Shown here piece by piece: positions 62,580 to 64,000 of a DNA stretch of 64,000 nt; position 1 is the stretch's first letter; each line of letters begins with the position of its first letter. Made by a program: the position numbers and the translations under genes. The notes below the pieces were generated by a model. That model was not told the origin of the DNA, ran no database searches, and was given only the letters and a program-made list of their open reading frames with translations. Source of the stretch: an uncultured Hyphomicrobiales bacterium (GTDB taxonomy: Bacteria > Bacteroidota > Ignavibacteria > Kapaibacteriales > UBA2268); NCBI GenBank assembly GCA_964454975.1, contig CAYVVD010000016.1, positions 5,704 through 69,703 on the forward strand. Reading direction: 5' to 3'.

Positions 62580-63179
62580 ATGCTTATGAAATATATTTCA
62601 TTGATATTGCTTTGTGTTATTGCATGGAGTTGCACTCCGGTCAGAACCAGTATATACAATAAGAAACCGGAAAAAAGTGAAGCAGTAAGCAATGAGAGCA
62701 ATATTTCAGGAAATATACAAATAGAAAAACCCCGTTTCTCTGATACAACCTACATATTACTCGATTCCCCAATCAAATTGGGCAAACAGACAATCGCAGA
62801 CCATTACCAAAATTGTGTGAAAAATTTTGAAGAAGGAGATTATGCCGCTGCGTGTGATAAGTTCCGGAGACTTTGGGAAACCATAAAGCCAGGCGACACA
62901 CTTTACTATGAAACCATGTTCCACATCAGCGAATGTGAAATTCAAAACCAAAGACTGGTAAAGGCAGAAAAAATCCTTTATGAATTATTACATATCAATG
63001 GTGTACCTGTTGCAATACATGAAAAGACAATGGTAAGGCTCGGGCATGTTTATTGTGCAATGGAGCTTTTTGATGAAGCAGAAAAGCAGTTTTCAACATT
63101 CCTTGAGCAATATCCCGACTCTCGCTATTCTCCTCTTGCCGATTGCGGGATTTTAGATAATCCTCCAAAACCTCACTAA
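62580..63179 (+). CDS. TPR-repeat lipoprotein (CpoB/BamD-like C-terminus)
   Basis: Lipobox AWSC; TPR helices; ends FLEQYPDSRY. Confidence 0.75.
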   Translation: MLMKYISLILLCVIAWSCTPVRTSIYNKKPEKSEAVSNESNISGNIQIEKPRFSDTTYILLDSPIKLGKQTIADHYQNCVKNFEEGDYAAACDKFRRLWETIKPGDTLYYETMFHISECEIQNQRLVKAEKILYELLHINGVPVAIHEKTMVRLGHVYCAMELFDEAEKQFSTFLEQYPDSRYSPLADCGILDNPPKPH

Positions 63180-63232
63180 TTATTAAATACTATCGTTTAA
63201 TTCTTTGATTGGTTTTATTATAACAAAATCTC

Positions 63233-63240
63233 TATTTTTG
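63233..63240 (+). promoter_or_regulatory. TAnnTTTG -7 promoter element
   Basis: TATTTTTG with TTG about 21 nt upstream; supports the TTG start at 63274. Confidence 0.4.
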
Positions 63241-63273
63241 TTTTCGCAACGGGTATTAATTAAAGGCAAGACT

Positions 63274-63702
63274 TTGCGTACAGTTTTCATTCTCATGTTA
63301 ATTGCAAGTGCCGTTCTAATAGCTCGCCAGGTGAAGCTGGACAAATTTGACGCATCATCCAACGGAACAGACATCACTGTTAAATGGCAGGCATTTGATG
63401 AATCCGGGGTCGCCAGTTATGAAATTGAACGTTCAATAGCAACACCATCAGCATTCAAGAAGATCACATCTAAAAAAGCAGAAGGCAGCGGACACCTTTA
63501 CACATATATTGACAGGGACGCATACCTGAAAGACAAATCAAAGAAAGACGGCAACCCTGTACTGCAGGACAACGTATATTCATACCGCCTGAAGATTATC
63601 TTCGATGACGATTCATATACCTACAGCAACCAGGTGAATGTAACACACAAAACCTCAAATATCCGCCGCACCTGGGGCATGATTAAAGAAATGTTCAAAT
63701 AA
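63274..63702 (+). CDS. Small exported FN3-like protein with C-terminal TWGxIK motif
   Basis: Signal peptide; V.L..F.A....I.V.W...E..V..Y.IERS...Y.Y.D...YSYRLK beta-sandwich pattern; ends RRTWGMIKEMFK. Confidence 0.75.
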   Translation: MRTVFILMLIASAVLIARQVKLDKFDASSNGTDITVKWQAFDESGVASYEIERSIATPSAFKKITSKKAEGSGHLYTYIDRDAYLKDKSKKDGNPVLQDNVYSYRLKIIFDDDSYTYSNQVNVTHKTSNIRRTWGMIKEMFK

Positions 63703-63772
63703 TTCGTATCTTATCCTGTTAATTCGGAGTAATTATTTAATTCCGGCAGTAAGCCTTTATTTTGTATTAAAA

Positions 63773-64000
63773 ATGATTAAAGCGGTCTTCGTATTTATAT
63801 TCTTTTTTTCGTTTATTACCTCTGCTATTAGTGAGTCGAACCGGATTCATGACAAATGCGGTACATTCAGGCTTGACGAAATTAAAAAGGATGGCAGCAA
63901 AATTTTTGAACGCGATGTTGATGAACGCCAGGACGACTTACCTTTCAAGTACGGATCCCCCTCAGGACTGTTCCTGATTCACTACGACATTTCCGGAAAA
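63773..64000 (+). CDS. Secreted protein, probable metallopeptidase (MXAN_6640-like N-terminus), 3'-truncated
   Basis: Signal peptide, KCGT cysteine-switch-like motif, SPSGLFLIHYD; open to the window end. Confidence 0.55.
   Translation, partial: MIKAVFVFIFFFSFITSAISESNRIHDKCGTFRLDEIKKDGSKIFERDVDERQDDLPFKYGSPSGLFLIHYDISGK

Overview
Chromosomal, mostly housekeeping window from an FCB-group bacterium. A Ca. Kapabacteria/Ignavibacteria-like lineage is inferred from T9SS cargo with C-terminal sorting domains, a PorV/PorQ-family barrel, a Bacteroidota-type GlmU-like protein, TAnnTTTG promoter elements and separate secD/secF. Core genes: parB (partial), radC, cutA, uvrB, ltaE, ispE, glgA, pyrG, hslO, purA, secD, secF and tmRNA (ssrA, tag ANDNYALAA). 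Accessory content: a GtrB-like GT2/rfbF/SDR/rfbG/sulfotransferase operon, three GT-C-fold membrane glycosyltransferases, crtZ plus a lycopene cyclase, and five full T9SS cargo proteins (PNGase F-like, choice-of-anchor I with a nested phytase-like domain, two tandem arylsulfotransferases, one Ig/FN3-like). I saw no integrase, transposase, prophage, CRISPR array or defence island, and no single unmistakable new system. The best leads are a possible CDP-6-deoxysugar/lipid-carrier glycosylation route, an orphan tandem-HTH regulator, a small secreted protein ending in a TWGxIK motif, a CCC-initiated hairpin in the pyrG leader, a palindrome beside the promoter of the arylsulfotransferase pair, and ispE sitting 6 bp head-to-head with a polyprenol kinase. 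All family calls come from motif recognition by eye, not from database searches.
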